Shown here: piece after piece, positions 9,042-19,190 of the stretch | Layout of the letters: each line of letters starts with the position of its first letter | Numbering within the stretch: position 1 is the stretch's first letter | Source of the DNA: an uncultured archaeon | GTDB taxonomy: Archaea; Asgardarchaeota; Thorarchaeia; Thorarchaeales; Thorarchaeaceae | DNA length: 64,000 bases | Reading direction: 5' to 3' | Assembly (NCBI GenBank): GCA_964458565.1 | Contig: CAYWJO010000004.1 | Coordinates: 1 to 64,000, forward strand | Position numbers and translations under genes: made by a program | The notes under the pieces: generated by a model | What the model was told of the DNA's origin: nothing | Databases searched by the model: none | Seen by the model: only the letters and a program-made list of their open reading frames with translations

Positions 9042-10088
9042 ATGTCTACCGAAACGCCAGATTTAGGAAAACTCGACAAGAAAATTGACAAACTTGCTGA
9101 GGAGCTAGCAGAGGTCAAGAAAGAATTCAAGAGTATATCATCACTTGAAGACCTTCTTAAAGAGCTAGCAAAACAAGTATCACCTGTATCTAAAATAGAG
9201 AATATTCTTGATTCACTCAAAGGTCTCAACGATGGGATGACTGGAGTTGCAAATTCAATAAATCTTGATACTATCAGTAAAAAATTGGATAAACTCGATG
9301 ATGACTTGACTAAATCAAAAGATGCCGAGAACATAATAAAGAAGATTGATGATGTCATCGGTTCTGTTGAAGGTCTAACACCCACAATTGAATCAATTAA
9401 GGATACAACAAATACTGCAGATTTGAACACAAAACTGAAATCTATAATTGGATCCATTGAACAGATAGGTAGCGGTGTTGAAATTATAAGAAACTCAGAA
9501 AATACTGATATAATTGGGAAAAAAATAGATGATCTTCAGCAATATATAGCAAGTCTGTCGACCATTGAAGAAACAGTTGAAAAATTAAGTTCCAGCTACA
9601 CTGAAACTCAGGAAATAGTGGGAATTATCGTGCGTCAACTTGATGATATAGAACGGAAGTATAACAAATCGATTGAAGAAATCACAGAAGCAGTAGCACT
9701 GATGACTAAAGTAGTTAGTGAAATGAAAACAGCGCCAGTTCGGATTGTTTCTGATGATACTGTAACTGTACCTGCTAAAATTCGAAAAGATCCACCTATA
9801 GGTCAACCTTTGCCCGATTCAGTAGATGGTCTTATGGATTACCTGATAGAAATGATTACCCCTCAAACTGAAGCCGTTCAAATGGCTACTGCTCTTGAAA
9901 AAGTTAGAGATCGATTGACAACAATGATAAAGGGTCATACTCCTGTATTATTCCAGTTTGGAAAAGTGTCACGAGAACTCAAGTCATATCCCCCAACAGC
10001 TACATTGAATGAGAATGATATTGCTCGATTGAGCAAAGAAATCAGGGGTTGGCGTTCAAAGCTAGATGAAATGACGAAGAAGGGATGA
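9042..10088 (+). CDS. Coiled-coil protein with a small C-terminal helical domain
   Basis: Repeated KKID(D)L-type heptads in the N-terminal 230 aa. Confidence 0.8.
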   Translation: MSTETPDLGKLDKKIDKLAEELAEVKKEFKSISSLEDLLKELAKQVSPVSKIENILDSLKGLNDGMTGVANSINLDTISKKLDKLDDDLTKSKDAENIIKKIDDVIGSVEGLTPTIESIKDTTNTADLNTKLKSIIGSIEQIGSGVEIIRNSENTDIIGKKIDDLQQYIASLSTIEETVEKLSSSYTETQEIVGIIVRQLDDIERKYNKSIEEITEAVALMTKVVSEMKTAPVRIVSDDTVTVPAKIRKDPPIGQPLPDSVDGLMDYLIEMITPQTEAVQMATALEKVRDRLTTMIKGHTPVLFQFGKVSRELKSYPPTATLNENDIARLSKEIRGWRSKLDEMTKKG

Positions 10089-10231
10089 AATACATCATTC
10101 CAGTGAGATAAGTATAAAATCATTCGAATATCTCATACATTATTGACATCTGTCCTTGTTTAGTTGAACATAGGACTAGTCAATAAAACTCTGAAATGAC
10201 AGGTCTATACAATTCAATGAGATGATAACAC

Positions 10232-11047
10232 ATGGAGTTAAAGAAACATCACCAAGAGCTGACTGCCAGACTATACCTTCTAGATGATGGTCGTGACGAT
10301 CAATTATCAGAAGAGTTGATTGAACTTCATGAAAAGAAATGTTCGACTTGTCAAGAAGACCGTCTAAGCTGTACAGTTCGACCAGCTTGCAAAGATCGCA
10401 ATTTCTTGAATATGCTAATTGAAATTGGTGTAGAACCTCAAGATCTTCCTTCATTTTGCTACAGTACTTATCTAGAACAAATTCGAAGATTCATACTTGA
10501 GAAAAAAGGTCGTGGAATGGTTGATCGAAGAATACCCATTAAAGACCTCCTTTCGACACTTCGAGTCAGTTCTATACGGCAATTTACGACCAAGTTTAAA
10601 GATGAATGGAGTCAATCAGCAGTTGCACGAGACAACAATCTGATGCTTGTAGCAGGAGATGAGTTGAGATTCTTTTTTGATTTCTCACGAGGGATTGTTG
10701 TTCTAAACCCAATTCATATGGAAATCAAGGAACTTGAATTGGTGAGACTCTATGTGTTACTATTAAGTGAGCTATATGAGCTGAACGCATCGATAGAAGA
10801 TATTACTCTGGATTGGTGGGTGATTTCAATTTTCACTGATCATATACCTGAAGCAAAAGCCCGAAAAGCCCTCAAGGATCGACTTGCTAAAGATTTTGAG
10901 GGGATATATGTCGAAGAATCAAATGAGGGATTAGAGATTCAAGTGGAAATCATTATCGATGATTCTAGAGGTCCCATTATTTCTGGCAATCTTGAACAGC
11001 TATTCAGGCTTGTATCTCGTCTTAGACAGAGTGAATCAACCGAATAA
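10232..11047 (+). CDS. Hypothetical protein with an N-terminal Cys cluster
   Basis: CSTC-x6-C-x5-C plus a later FCY; co-oriented in the cluster. Confidence 0.8.
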   Translation: MELKKHHQELTARLYLLDDGRDDQLSEELIELHEKKCSTCQEDRLSCTVRPACKDRNFLNMLIEIGVEPQDLPSFCYSTYLEQIRRFILEKKGRGMVDRRIPIKDLLSTLRVSSIRQFTTKFKDEWSQSAVARDNNLMLVAGDELRFFFDFSRGIVVLNPIHMEIKELELVRLYVLLLSELYELNASIEDITLDWWVISIFTDHIPEAKARKALKDRLAKDFEGIYVEESNEGLEIQVEIIIDDSRGPIISGNLEQLFRLVSRLRQSESTE

Positions 11048-11095
11048 ACTCTCTTCGTGTATCGAAGTATATACATTTGAGAGGAGGACTGCAAA

Positions 11096-14000
11096 TTGAG
11101 TGAAAGTATAACTGAAGTGATTCCTATACTTAGGGAAAATTTGAAAATAACTGAGAATGAGGCTAAGATACTACTACCACTATATCTGGGTGGGAATATG
11201 ACCGTTGGCGGTATATCCCTCTATAGTGATGTGGCAATATCCACCGTTGAAAGAGCATTGAAGTCACTAGAGAAAAAGGGGCTCGTGCTCAAGATAGAAG
11301 GTGTTATTGATGTCTATCGGTCTCTTGACCCGTCCTTTGGTATTACAGACAATCTAAGCGCGTTGCTTGAGCGATTAGAGGAGATTGGGAAAAAATCCGA
11401 CTCGAATGTGACTAAAAGAAAAGAAGAGTTAGATACGTCTGTAGGAACCTCATTAAGTGATGTTAAAGCGATTACTGATGCTACGCGAAACACTCTTGAT
11501 GATTTCGAGTCTAAGATGATGGATGCTGTGCAGTCCCAGATTGAATCCATGGTCAATATATGTACTCAAGTCCTTTCCTCACTTTCGCAGAATTTTGAAT
11601 CAACGATCTCTCAGGTTGATCTCACTCTTGAAGATGATTTAGGTTCTGGACTACTTGAACTCCAGGTTGAGCTAGATAAAACGCAGAAATCCTTCCAGAG
11701 TGAAATTGGTACCATTAAACGTGATTTAGATAAGTGGTTAAAAGATCAAACACTAACTACGAAAGAGCGTATAGAAGGATTCAATCAAATTGAAACCGAA
11801 TTACTTGACGCCATACTAAATTCAATTTCAGACGCGTTTGCAAAAAGTGAAGAAACAGTAGGATCAATCGCTGAAACCCTGTCTGATTCATTGAGTGAGA
11901 AAACACTCGAGATATCCAATGATACTGCTAATTCATTTAGCAATGTAACAGCTGCCTTGACAGAAGCTCTTGAGGATTTTGAAAATCGGATCAGTGCGGC
12001 ACATACAGATTCTCTTGAATCTTTGAAGGTATTACTTGCTAATAGCAGATCTTTGTCTTCTGATGAAGGAGCATTTGTTCGTGATGTAATCAATCAAGTA
12101 TCTGAATCAATTTCTGTTACCGTGGAGAATATTGATTCTTGGAAGAGTGAAGTTTCGAATTTTATTGAAAACACATCAAGATCGATATCAACGCAATTAG
12201 AACAAATAGCTTCCACTGATTCAGCGTATCTCGAAGCGATAAAGACTAGTGTATCAGGCTATTTGGACAAAGTTACTAGTATGTTGAACGCTGAATATTC
12301 AGCTTTACGCAATCTTTCATCATCTATGATTACTGACCTTGAAACCTATTTAAGCTCTACAAGAAATTCAGTAATGAATCAGTTCAGACGACAGATGAAA
12401 TCCGACCAGACTGAACTCGAAACCTCCGGAGACGCTCTGCAGTCTGAAATTAATAAATGGAGTGTTGGAACCCAAAAGGAATTGCACCGAAGACTATCTG
12501 GCCTATCTACTGATTTGGATGTAGTCTTGAACACTGAATCTTCTGAATTTCTCAAACTCGCTGAGAATATGAATAGTCGATTGAAATCCTCATTCAACAG
12601 TACCTTATCTTCAGCTACCACTAGAAATGATGCGATAATTTCAGGCATCAAGAAATCTACTAGTGATTTCGAAACTAGTGTTGGTTCCAAGTTAAATGAA
12701 ATTGTTTTGAGTTTTGGAACTTCAGGAACAAAACATTATGAAGACATTCAAGCGATTTACGAAGCGCTAGAAAACCATCTGGATAAAAGAGTTACAAGTA
12801 GTGTGACAACATTATCCACACTTGTAGAGAAGGCTCAGAAGGAAATTGCTCGAAATATTGATGATCAAACAACCCGTATTGATGATCATGCTCAAGGCAT
12901 TCGAGATGAGTTTCATTATCACATTGAAGATATGACAACACAGTTCATTTCACTAACACAGAATCTCGAAGCCACATTCAATGGACTGCTATCAAGTCAA
13001 ACGATTGAAGCTCGAGACCTAATTTCATCTATTCACTCAGAATTTAGAAATGCAGTAAAATCTGAGATGTCTATATTGGAAGACGATTCTCTAAAACTTC
13101 AACAGGGCTATACCTCTGAGATTGGACTGAAAGTCGAGACTGTTAGTGATTCAATTTCAACTCTTCGTAAATCATTAGAGGAATTTGTTAACAAGAAACG
13201 TACGGAGATATCATTGTCAATGGTACAGACACTTGATAAGGTTGAATCTTCAGTCAATAGCACTCAAGACTCTCTTAAAGAAATGGAATCTGGGATAATA
13301 AAACAGATTGGAGAAAACATTGTACAGCTATCTAAGGAATTCGAAGGTTCTGTCAATGCTGCTCGTAATCAGATATCGGTAAGTATCGATGGTTTTCTTG
13401 AAGAAGCAAATACATCTCTCAATTCAACGGTCAGCTCAGTGAAATCAACAGTAGAGACTTTCATTACAGCGCAAAGTGATTCAAAGGAGCGCTATATGAC
13501 AAGCACAAGCAAAAAAATAGATGCATTGGCTTCTAAATCACTAAAATCCGTTACTGAAAAGATAGAGTCCTATCAGACAATTTTAGCTAAGGATGAAACA
13601 TCAAATATGAAATCAAAAACCACAGCTCGTGAAGAGGTTGTGTCTGAAATCGAATCTCACAAATCAGAGGTTGGAATGGCAATCGATGCTGCAGCAATGT
13701 CAGTTAATACCGCTGTTGGAAATGTTACATCGTCGTTAGTAGTACTTGGAAACAAACTCAATAGTGACCTAAGTGAAATGCAGAATGTTCTTTCTGAATC
13801 TTCTGTAAAAGCCGAAAATCGTGTTTTAAAGAGATGTGAGGTCACATTAGAGAAGATTGAACAAATGGCAACAAATCTGTTTAAGGAATCCGATACTAAT
13901 CTGAAGGCAAAGACTTCAGAGTTTGAATCCGCAAGTATCACAGTTCTTGAAACTGGGCAATCCCGATTTAATGAACTCAATACAATATTGACTGGTATCA

Positions 14001-14992
14001 CATCAACCACTGTAAACAAAGCTACTAAGGAACTATCACAAGAACTAGCTCAAGTTCTTGATACTTTAACTCAGGACTTGAAAGAACATAGGAACCGATC
14101 AAAAGGAATCCATGCGGATTTGGTTTCTTTCATTAATGGAATATCCAAGGAAACAAAATCAAATCGTGATGCTGCAATCGAAAGAGCTCTTCAAAATGTT
14201 CTCGAAGCGAATCAACAATCAGCGAGGAAATTCGAATCGATAGGACTATCCCTAAAGACCCAAATCAGTGATGGTTCCTATCGACTTATAGAAAACTTGA
14301 GTGGAGATATTAGTGACAGTTCGTCTCAAATTTCAAATATAATGACTCAAGAAACAAAGAATGTTAATGATAGATTATCAACAATAAAACAGAAGCGTAA
14401 TGAGTCATTGACGAACGTAGGTGCTAATATCGACAAGGCATTACGTCGTTGGTCCAAAGGAACAACCGATATTCTTGATTCCAGTCTTTCTGAACTTAAT
14501 GCATCAATAGATTCTATCAACAATGCAACGTCCAGCACAGCAAGCATGATCAGTGCTATCAAATCATCTGGAGCAGCATTGATAAACTCCGCAGTTACTA
14601 AGTCATGGTACCTAACTGGGGTTCAGGAAACTTTTGCGCATTTAGCTGATTTGGCTTTACGTGCTGAGAAGTCAATTGTAATTTCAACACCTTCACTAGA
14701 ATTCCTTGATCTTAAGGCTCTGAATAAGGTTAAGAATCCCAGAAGAAGGGTGCTGATACTTCCAATCCTCGACGAAATCCCTGAAGAAATAGAATCTCTG
14801 AAAGGTTGGAGAATCTGGCATATTCCTGACCCATTTCTACTAGCAGTTCGAGATGAATCAGAGATTGTTTTAAGCGCAGGTGACGAATCATCTGGAGCAT
14901 TTGCGATAGCATCAATCGATGAGAGTTACTTGAAACTTTATCATGATTTCTTAGGTCCACTATTAACTCGATTAAGAATTAAATCGACTTAG
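11096..14992 (+). CDS. TrmB-like wHTH, ~1100-aa amphipathic helical region and TrmB-type C-terminal domain
   Basis: N-term L.ITENEAKI...GGNMTV..IS......STV...L.SLEKKGLV; C-term W...G......L.....AEKSIVISTP. Confidence 0.85.
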   Translation: MSESITEVIPILRENLKITENEAKILLPLYLGGNMTVGGISLYSDVAISTVERALKSLEKKGLVLKIEGVIDVYRSLDPSFGITDNLSALLERLEEIGKKSDSNVTKRKEELDTSVGTSLSDVKAITDATRNTLDDFESKMMDAVQSQIESMVNICTQVLSSLSQNFESTISQVDLTLEDDLGSGLLELQVELDKTQKSFQSEIGTIKRDLDKWLKDQTLTTKERIEGFNQIETELLDAILNSISDAFAKSEETVGSIAETLSDSLSEKTLEISNDTANSFSNVTAALTEALEDFENRISAAHTDSLESLKVLLANSRSLSSDEGAFVRDVINQVSESISVTVENIDSWKSEVSNFIENTSRSISTQLEQIASTDSAYLEAIKTSVSGYLDKVTSMLNAEYSALRNLSSSMITDLETYLSSTRNSVMNQFRRQMKSDQTELETSGDALQSEINKWSVGTQKELHRRLSGLSTDLDVVLNTESSEFLKLAENMNSRLKSSFNSTLSSATTRNDAIISGIKKSTSDFETSVGSKLNEIVLSFGTSGTKHYEDIQAIYEALENHLDKRVTSSVTTLSTLVEKAQKEIARNIDDQTTRIDDHAQGIRDEFHYHIEDMTTQFISLTQNLEATFNGLLSSQTIEARDLISSIHSEFRNAVKSEMSILEDDSLKLQQGYTSEIGLKVETVSDSISTLRKSLEEFVNKKRTEISLSMVQTLDKVESSVNSTQDSLKEMESGIIKQIGENIVQLSKEFEGSVNAARNQISVSIDGFLEEANTSLNSTVSSVKSTVETFITAQSDSKERYMTSTSKKIDALASKSLKSVTEKIESYQTILAKDETSNMKSKTTAREEVVSEIESHKSEVGMAIDAAAMSVNTAVGNVTSSLVVLGNKLNSDLSEMQNVLSESSVKAENRVLKRCEVTLEKIEQMATNLFKESDTNLKAKTSEFESASITVLETGQSRFNELNTILTGITSTTVNKATKELSQELAQVLDTLTQDLKEHRNRSKGIHADLVSFINGISKETKSNRDAAIERALQNVLEANQQSARKFESIGLSLKTQISDGSYRLIENLSGDISDSSSQISNIMTQETKNVNDRLSTIKQKRNESLTNVGANIDKALRRWSKGTTDILDSSLSELNASIDSINNATSSTASMISAIKSSGAALINSAVTKSWYLTGVQETFAHLADLALRAEKSIVISTPSLEFLDLKALNKVKNPRRRVLILPILDEIPEEIESLKGWRIWHIPDPFLLAVRDESEIVLSAGDESSGAFAIASIDESYLKLYHDFLGPLLTRLRIKST

Positions 14993-15463
14993 ACTAATCA
15001 TGTACACTGCTGCATCCTCGTCCTCATAATAGGCCTGTTCGATTGAAATCAACTTCATTCCAAATGACTCGTAAAGGGAACGTGCTGAGCTATTATTGAC
15101 TCTCACCTCTAGTTCACACTCCTTTAAACCTGCAGCTTTCATTGATGCAAATCCATGCAAAAGCAACTGTCTTCCATAACCTCTCCTGCGATGATTTGCG
15201 CTCACAGCTAGGTTCAGGATATGCCCTCGTCCTTGGATGTATTCCTCCTCCCAGATAATATAACCAATTACCTCTTTATCTAGTTCTAATACATCCATGA
15301 ACAGTTGGCGAGATCTACTAACTGGGACTCTTCCGTTTCTTCGTGTAAGCAAGACAAATAATTCATCATCCCATGGAAGTAGAAATGATTGACATTCGAT
15401 TTCATACGCTGATTCAAAATCAGAATGATGTGCACTTCTTATTAGAGACCTCTCTGACATCAC
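14972..15463 (-). CDS. RimI/Ard1-like N-acetyltransferase (GNAT)
   Basis: GHILNLAV...HRRRGYG, LEVRVNN..A..LY..FG, YY.DEDA. Confidence 0.9.
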   Translation of the reverse strand: MMSERSLIRSAHHSDFESAYEIECQSFLLPWDDELFVLLTRRNGRVPVSRSRQLFMDVLELDKEVIGYIIWEEEYIQGRGHILNLAVSANHRRRGYGRQLLLHGFASMKAAGLKECELEVRVNNSSARSLYESFGMKLISIEQAYYEDEDAAVYMISLSRFNS

Positions 15464-15816
15464 GAATAATATTCCTCATCACTCTTTGATTCTAAAGGCA
15501 GACCACAAATGGAGCAATAGAGTGGAGTTCCATCGAGTTTCGCTCCACAATTTGGACAGAGATATTGTGGCTTGTCAGAAATCCTAGAAGATTGGTTTAA
15601 AAGAAAGTTTCTAGAAATATAATAAAAGTAAGCTATTGTAGCGATAGCTGAAAGCACAATAAAGAATGAAGGTATTATTTCAGTACTACCAAAGAAAAAG
15701 AATGGAAACACATAGACAAAACCTCCGATATTGTCAATATTGCCTATCAGAATTAGAAACATACCGGTTATGGTTAGAATAAATCCGAGAAGAACTATTC
15801 TTGAAGCATTAACCAA
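15460..15816 (-). CDS. Small membrane protein with a C-terminal zinc ribbon
   Basis: Hydrophobic segments with GG...FPF.F.G; CPNCG..CSICG. Confidence 0.8.
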   Translation of the reverse strand: MVNASRIVLLGFILTITGMFLILIGNIDNIGGFVYVFPFFFFGSTEIIPSFFIVLSAIATIAYFYYISRNFLLNQSSRISDKPQYLCPNCGAKLDGTPLYCSICGLPLESKSDEEYYS

Positions 15817-16164
15817 TCAGATCATACCTCTCGCTCTCAGCTGACCCACAACATTCTCATACTTCTCATTATCATTGATCATCGAATTTACGGCTTCCTC
15901 TTGTGAATGAGAATTTGGAATTAAAAGTACTTGCACCTTATTATCAGGGTAGTCCATTTCCAATTTATGACGAATAAGAATACCAATCAATCCCCCCATA
16001 GGACAGTGTGGTGCAGTTGGTTTGAACCGCACTCGTATAATATCATCGATAACACGAATGAACTCAGGTTCAACGATTTTCATTCGGGGGTCAGTTATTG
16101 ATATTGGATGCTCCGGATCCATTACAGGTTTCAGACTATTGAAAATCTCGTCTACAGAAGGCAT
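15817..16164 (-). CDS. DUF59/MIP18 (CIA2-like) Fe-S cluster assembly protein
   Basis: L..V.DPEHP.SI.D and F.PT.PHCPM..LIG..IR.KL motifs. Confidence 0.9.
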   Translation of the reverse strand: MPSVDEIFNSLKPVMDPEHPISITDPRMKIVEPEFIRVIDDIIRVRFKPTAPHCPMGGLIGILIRHKLEMDYPDNKVQVLLIPNSHSQEEAVNSMINDNEKYENVVGQLRARGMI

Positions 16165-16321
16165 TGATTATCCCATATTTCGTGAATGAAGTCTTCTTTT
16201 ATGAATTATGTCCAATCCACAGGGGATAAATTGTTACACAAGAGATATCAACATAGAGAACATGTTTTGAAATAAGTTTCAGATACAATTAAGACAAAAT
16301 AGATTCTTAGGATGTATTGTC

Positions 16322-16765
16322 ATGACTCGAAACAACGCTGGACATAAACCCCGCTATCTCTTCAAGATTACTGTACTTGGGCCTGATGATAAACTCTTAG
16401 AACAAGTACTCACCGTCTTCAATCAGCAAGTCGTTGCAGTTGATGGAATACGAATAGGGGCGGGAGACCTTGAGATGGATGAAACTGACGTTCGAGCGTT
16501 GATAATGTCCCCCCAACATTCTGCGATGGACATCCTTCTATCAGTAACCTACAAGGGCGCAAGCGGTGCAATGATCGTTTTGAAAGAACCCGATCCTGAA
16601 ATAGAAACCATCTATAGGAATGAGATACGTGAAAATATCGGAGCGAATATTCCTACCCGTGTTTTAATAATAGAATCTGAAATTGACGAGTATAAGAAGA
16701 AAGAGATTGACCACCTGTTTGAAGATATTATTGAAGCGATTTTAGCTAAACGAGATGATAGATAG
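16322..16765 (+). CDS. Rab/Ras-fold protein with degenerate G motifs (pseudo-GTPase candidate)
   Basis: YLFKITVLG and YKGASGAMIV match Rab segments; GKS/T, DxxG and NKxD are absent. Confidence 0.65.
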   Translation: MTRNNAGHKPRYLFKITVLGPDDKLLEQVLTVFNQQVVAVDGIRIGAGDLEMDETDVRALIMSPQHSAMDILLSVTYKGASGAMIVLKEPDPEIETIYRNEIRENIGANIPTRVLIIESEIDEYKKKEIDHLFEDIIEAILAKRDDR

Positions 16766-16817
16766 ACTATCAGATATGTGATACAAAGCCTTTTTTCATC
16801 TTTCGTTTGAAATCCTA

Positions 16818-17885
16818 GTGGGTGTCCTATTGAGTCACGAAAAGAGAGAATCCGATGATTACTGGATGGGTGTACGAGATGCTCTGCGCATGATCGATTC
16901 CTTTGTGAAATGGTCTGGTCGAAATCCGCATCGTGCAAAGAGTCTAGAGCAATTCATAACTGATGGCTTGATAGCATCTGCCAAGAGATGCGAGTCCTGT
17001 TTAAGCCGTGAATTAGGTGTTACATACTTAGATGAACAGGAAACAGAAATTGATATTGAAGGTACATCTGAAGGTGATGAGGTCCCTATCCAATTTGAAG
17101 AACCCTCTGGATCTGACGATTTGGAATTTGATGAAACGCCTCTCAGCGATGCAATGGGTTATTTGCAAGTGGGTGATTCAGATGAAGAATCAACATATAT
17201 TCCTGAGCCATTCGATTCCTCTGACTCCGAGGATGATTCATCACCTCAAGAATTAGTCTCTGAGTCAACAATAGAAGACGCCATATCAGAGTTTTCAGAA
17301 GATGAGATTGAAATAGGCGAAACCTCCGGGATTACTATGGATGAGCTTGATCATTCTCCTGAATCATTCATTGAAGACATCGATCTTGGGGTAGAAATCA
17401 GAGATTTCTCAGCAGATTTCCACATTGCAGAATCCGAACCCCTTACAATTGAATCTGAGCGAATCGAAGAAGAAATCCCACAATACCCGCCTCCTTCAGA
17501 AGATGACGATTCTTCAGAAGTCCATGTGGAACCACCACCCTCTCAAGCATCTCTAGAGGATGAGGATTCGATTCCTTCAGAACTCACTGATACTCCTCCT
17601 GCACCACCTGCAGAATCTGGTTTTACATGGCGTGAGTATGAAGCATCTTTTGAGGCGGATGAATCTGAGGAAGAACCAGAACCTGAGATTAAATCCTCTG
17701 AAGAATCGCAACCTCGCTGGAGTCCCTATGATGAGCCTATTACTGATGATATAGACGATGAGTCTGATGATGAGGAATTGGAGTATCTAGATGAAGATAA
17801 TCCTCCTTCACCCCCTGCCCCTGAAAGTGATGAAAGTGAGGATGAACGTCGTCGTCGCGCCAGACGTCTATTCTTTGGAACTTAG
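16818..17885 (+). CDS. Acidic Pro-rich, largely disordered protein with a small N-terminal helical CxxC domain
   Basis: E/D/S/P-rich low-complexity body; KRCESC; basic tail ERRRRARRLFFGT. Confidence 0.8.
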   Translation: MGVLLSHEKRESDDYWMGVRDALRMIDSFVKWSGRNPHRAKSLEQFITDGLIASAKRCESCLSRELGVTYLDEQETEIDIEGTSEGDEVPIQFEEPSGSDDLEFDETPLSDAMGYLQVGDSDEESTYIPEPFDSSDSEDDSSPQELVSESTIEDAISEFSEDEIEIGETSGITMDELDHSPESFIEDIDLGVEIRDFSADFHIAESEPLTIESERIEEEIPQYPPPSEDDDSSEVHVEPPPSQASLEDEDSIPSELTDTPPAPPAESGFTWREYEASFEADESEEEPEPEIKSSEESQPRWSPYDEPITDDIDDESDDEELEYLDEDNPPSPPAPESDESEDERRRRARRLFFGT

Positions 17886-17955
17886 ATAACCTACTGTCGG
17901 AATGACTTGGCTAAAGAATAAGAAACAAGGCATCAGCTAAACACTCATATATTGC

Positions 17956-19164
17956 TTGATTAATGACCGCCTTCGAATCAACCAAGAGAGCGTGACACAT
18001 TTGGATTGGACCTCTCATTACATGGAGCGCATACCTCCTTCAGGAACATTGAAGATTTACGATCTGGCTTGTAAATTGGAATCTCAGGGAAAAAATGTCT
18101 ATCACTTCGAGGTCGGTCAGCCTGACTTCCCCACACCCCGAAATATAGTAGATGCAGCTATTGATGCCATGCACAATGGGATGACAAGGTACACTTCTTC
18201 AAGAGGTATTAATCAACTTCTCGATGCAATTGAAGCCTCATATAAGAAGCGAGGCATTTCAATCGATGGGAGGGAAAATGTCGTTGTCACACCTGGTGCA
18301 AAAATGGCTCTCTTCCAAGGATTCTTGGCAGCAATCGATAGTGGCGATGATGTTTTGCTACTTTCTCCATCATGGCCCACATACAAGGTCATGTTGCGAA
18401 TTCTTGGTGCAAAACCTGTCGATGTACCCACAAGTACTGGATATGAAATTGACGAAGAAGAACTCAAATGTCATATGTCTAGGTCTGTCACTGCCATGAT
18501 TGTCAATGCACCAAATAATCCAACAGGGGGTGTATTGTCGAAAGATAATATGAAATTGATTCATGATCTTTCAGTAGATAATGATTTTGTTATCTATAGT
18601 GATGAAATCTATGAATCCCTTGTGTATGATGAATGTCATCAGACCTCCATGCTTGAATTAGATCCTACCATGGAAAACACATGTGTCATCAGTGGTTTTT
18701 CTAAGGCATATTCGATGACTGGATGGCGTTTGGGATATGCAATTGGAAATCCTGAAACAATAAACAATATGATCCGAATTCAACAGAATACCACATCATG
18801 TGCAACCTCTTTTGTCCAAGCAGCTGGGGTAGAAGCGCTTGTTGGCGATCAAAGTTTTGTAGAGTCGATGAAATCTGAGTTCCAGATTCGCAGAGATGAA
18901 ATAGTCCGCTTGTTAAATGAGATTGATGATGTAGAATGCATGAAACCCAAAGGGGCATTTTATGTATTTCCTGATTTTGCTAAAATTGGACTTACCAGTA
19001 ACACGCTTGCAGAGCTTCTGCTCAAGAAAACTGGTGTTACAACAGCTCCTGGCATTGTTTTTGGGGATGAATATGACACTCATCTAAGATTCTCATATGC
19101 AACTTCAGTGGAATTAATCCGCGAAGGGATTGGAAAAATGCGTGAATTCTTGGAAACGCTCTAA
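17956..19164 (+). CDS. Class I/II PLP-dependent aminotransferase (aspartate aminotransferase-like)
   Basis: GQPDF.TP, N.PNNPTG, SDEIY, SGFSKAYSMTGWRLG. Confidence 0.95.
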   Translation: MINDRLRINQESVTHLDWTSHYMERIPPSGTLKIYDLACKLESQGKNVYHFEVGQPDFPTPRNIVDAAIDAMHNGMTRYTSSRGINQLLDAIEASYKKRGISIDGRENVVVTPGAKMALFQGFLAAIDSGDDVLLLSPSWPTYKVMLRILGAKPVDVPTSTGYEIDEEELKCHMSRSVTAMIVNAPNNPTGGVLSKDNMKLIHDLSVDNDFVIYSDEIYESLVYDECHQTSMLELDPTMENTCVISGFSKAYSMTGWRLGYAIGNPETINNMIRIQQNTTSCATSFVQAAGVEALVGDQSFVESMKSEFQIRRDEIVRLLNEIDDVECMKPKGAFYVFPDFAKIGLTSNTLAELLLKKTGVTTAPGIVFGDEYDTHLRFSYATSVELIREGIGKMREFLETL

Positions 19165-19190
19165 TTCCTACTCCACCAAATGGTGATTTA

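Noticed and set aside
9042-14992. SMC/Rad50 or chemoreceptor assignment for the coiled-coil proteins
   Set aside because: No Walker A/B or signature motifs, and no MCP hairpin consensus.
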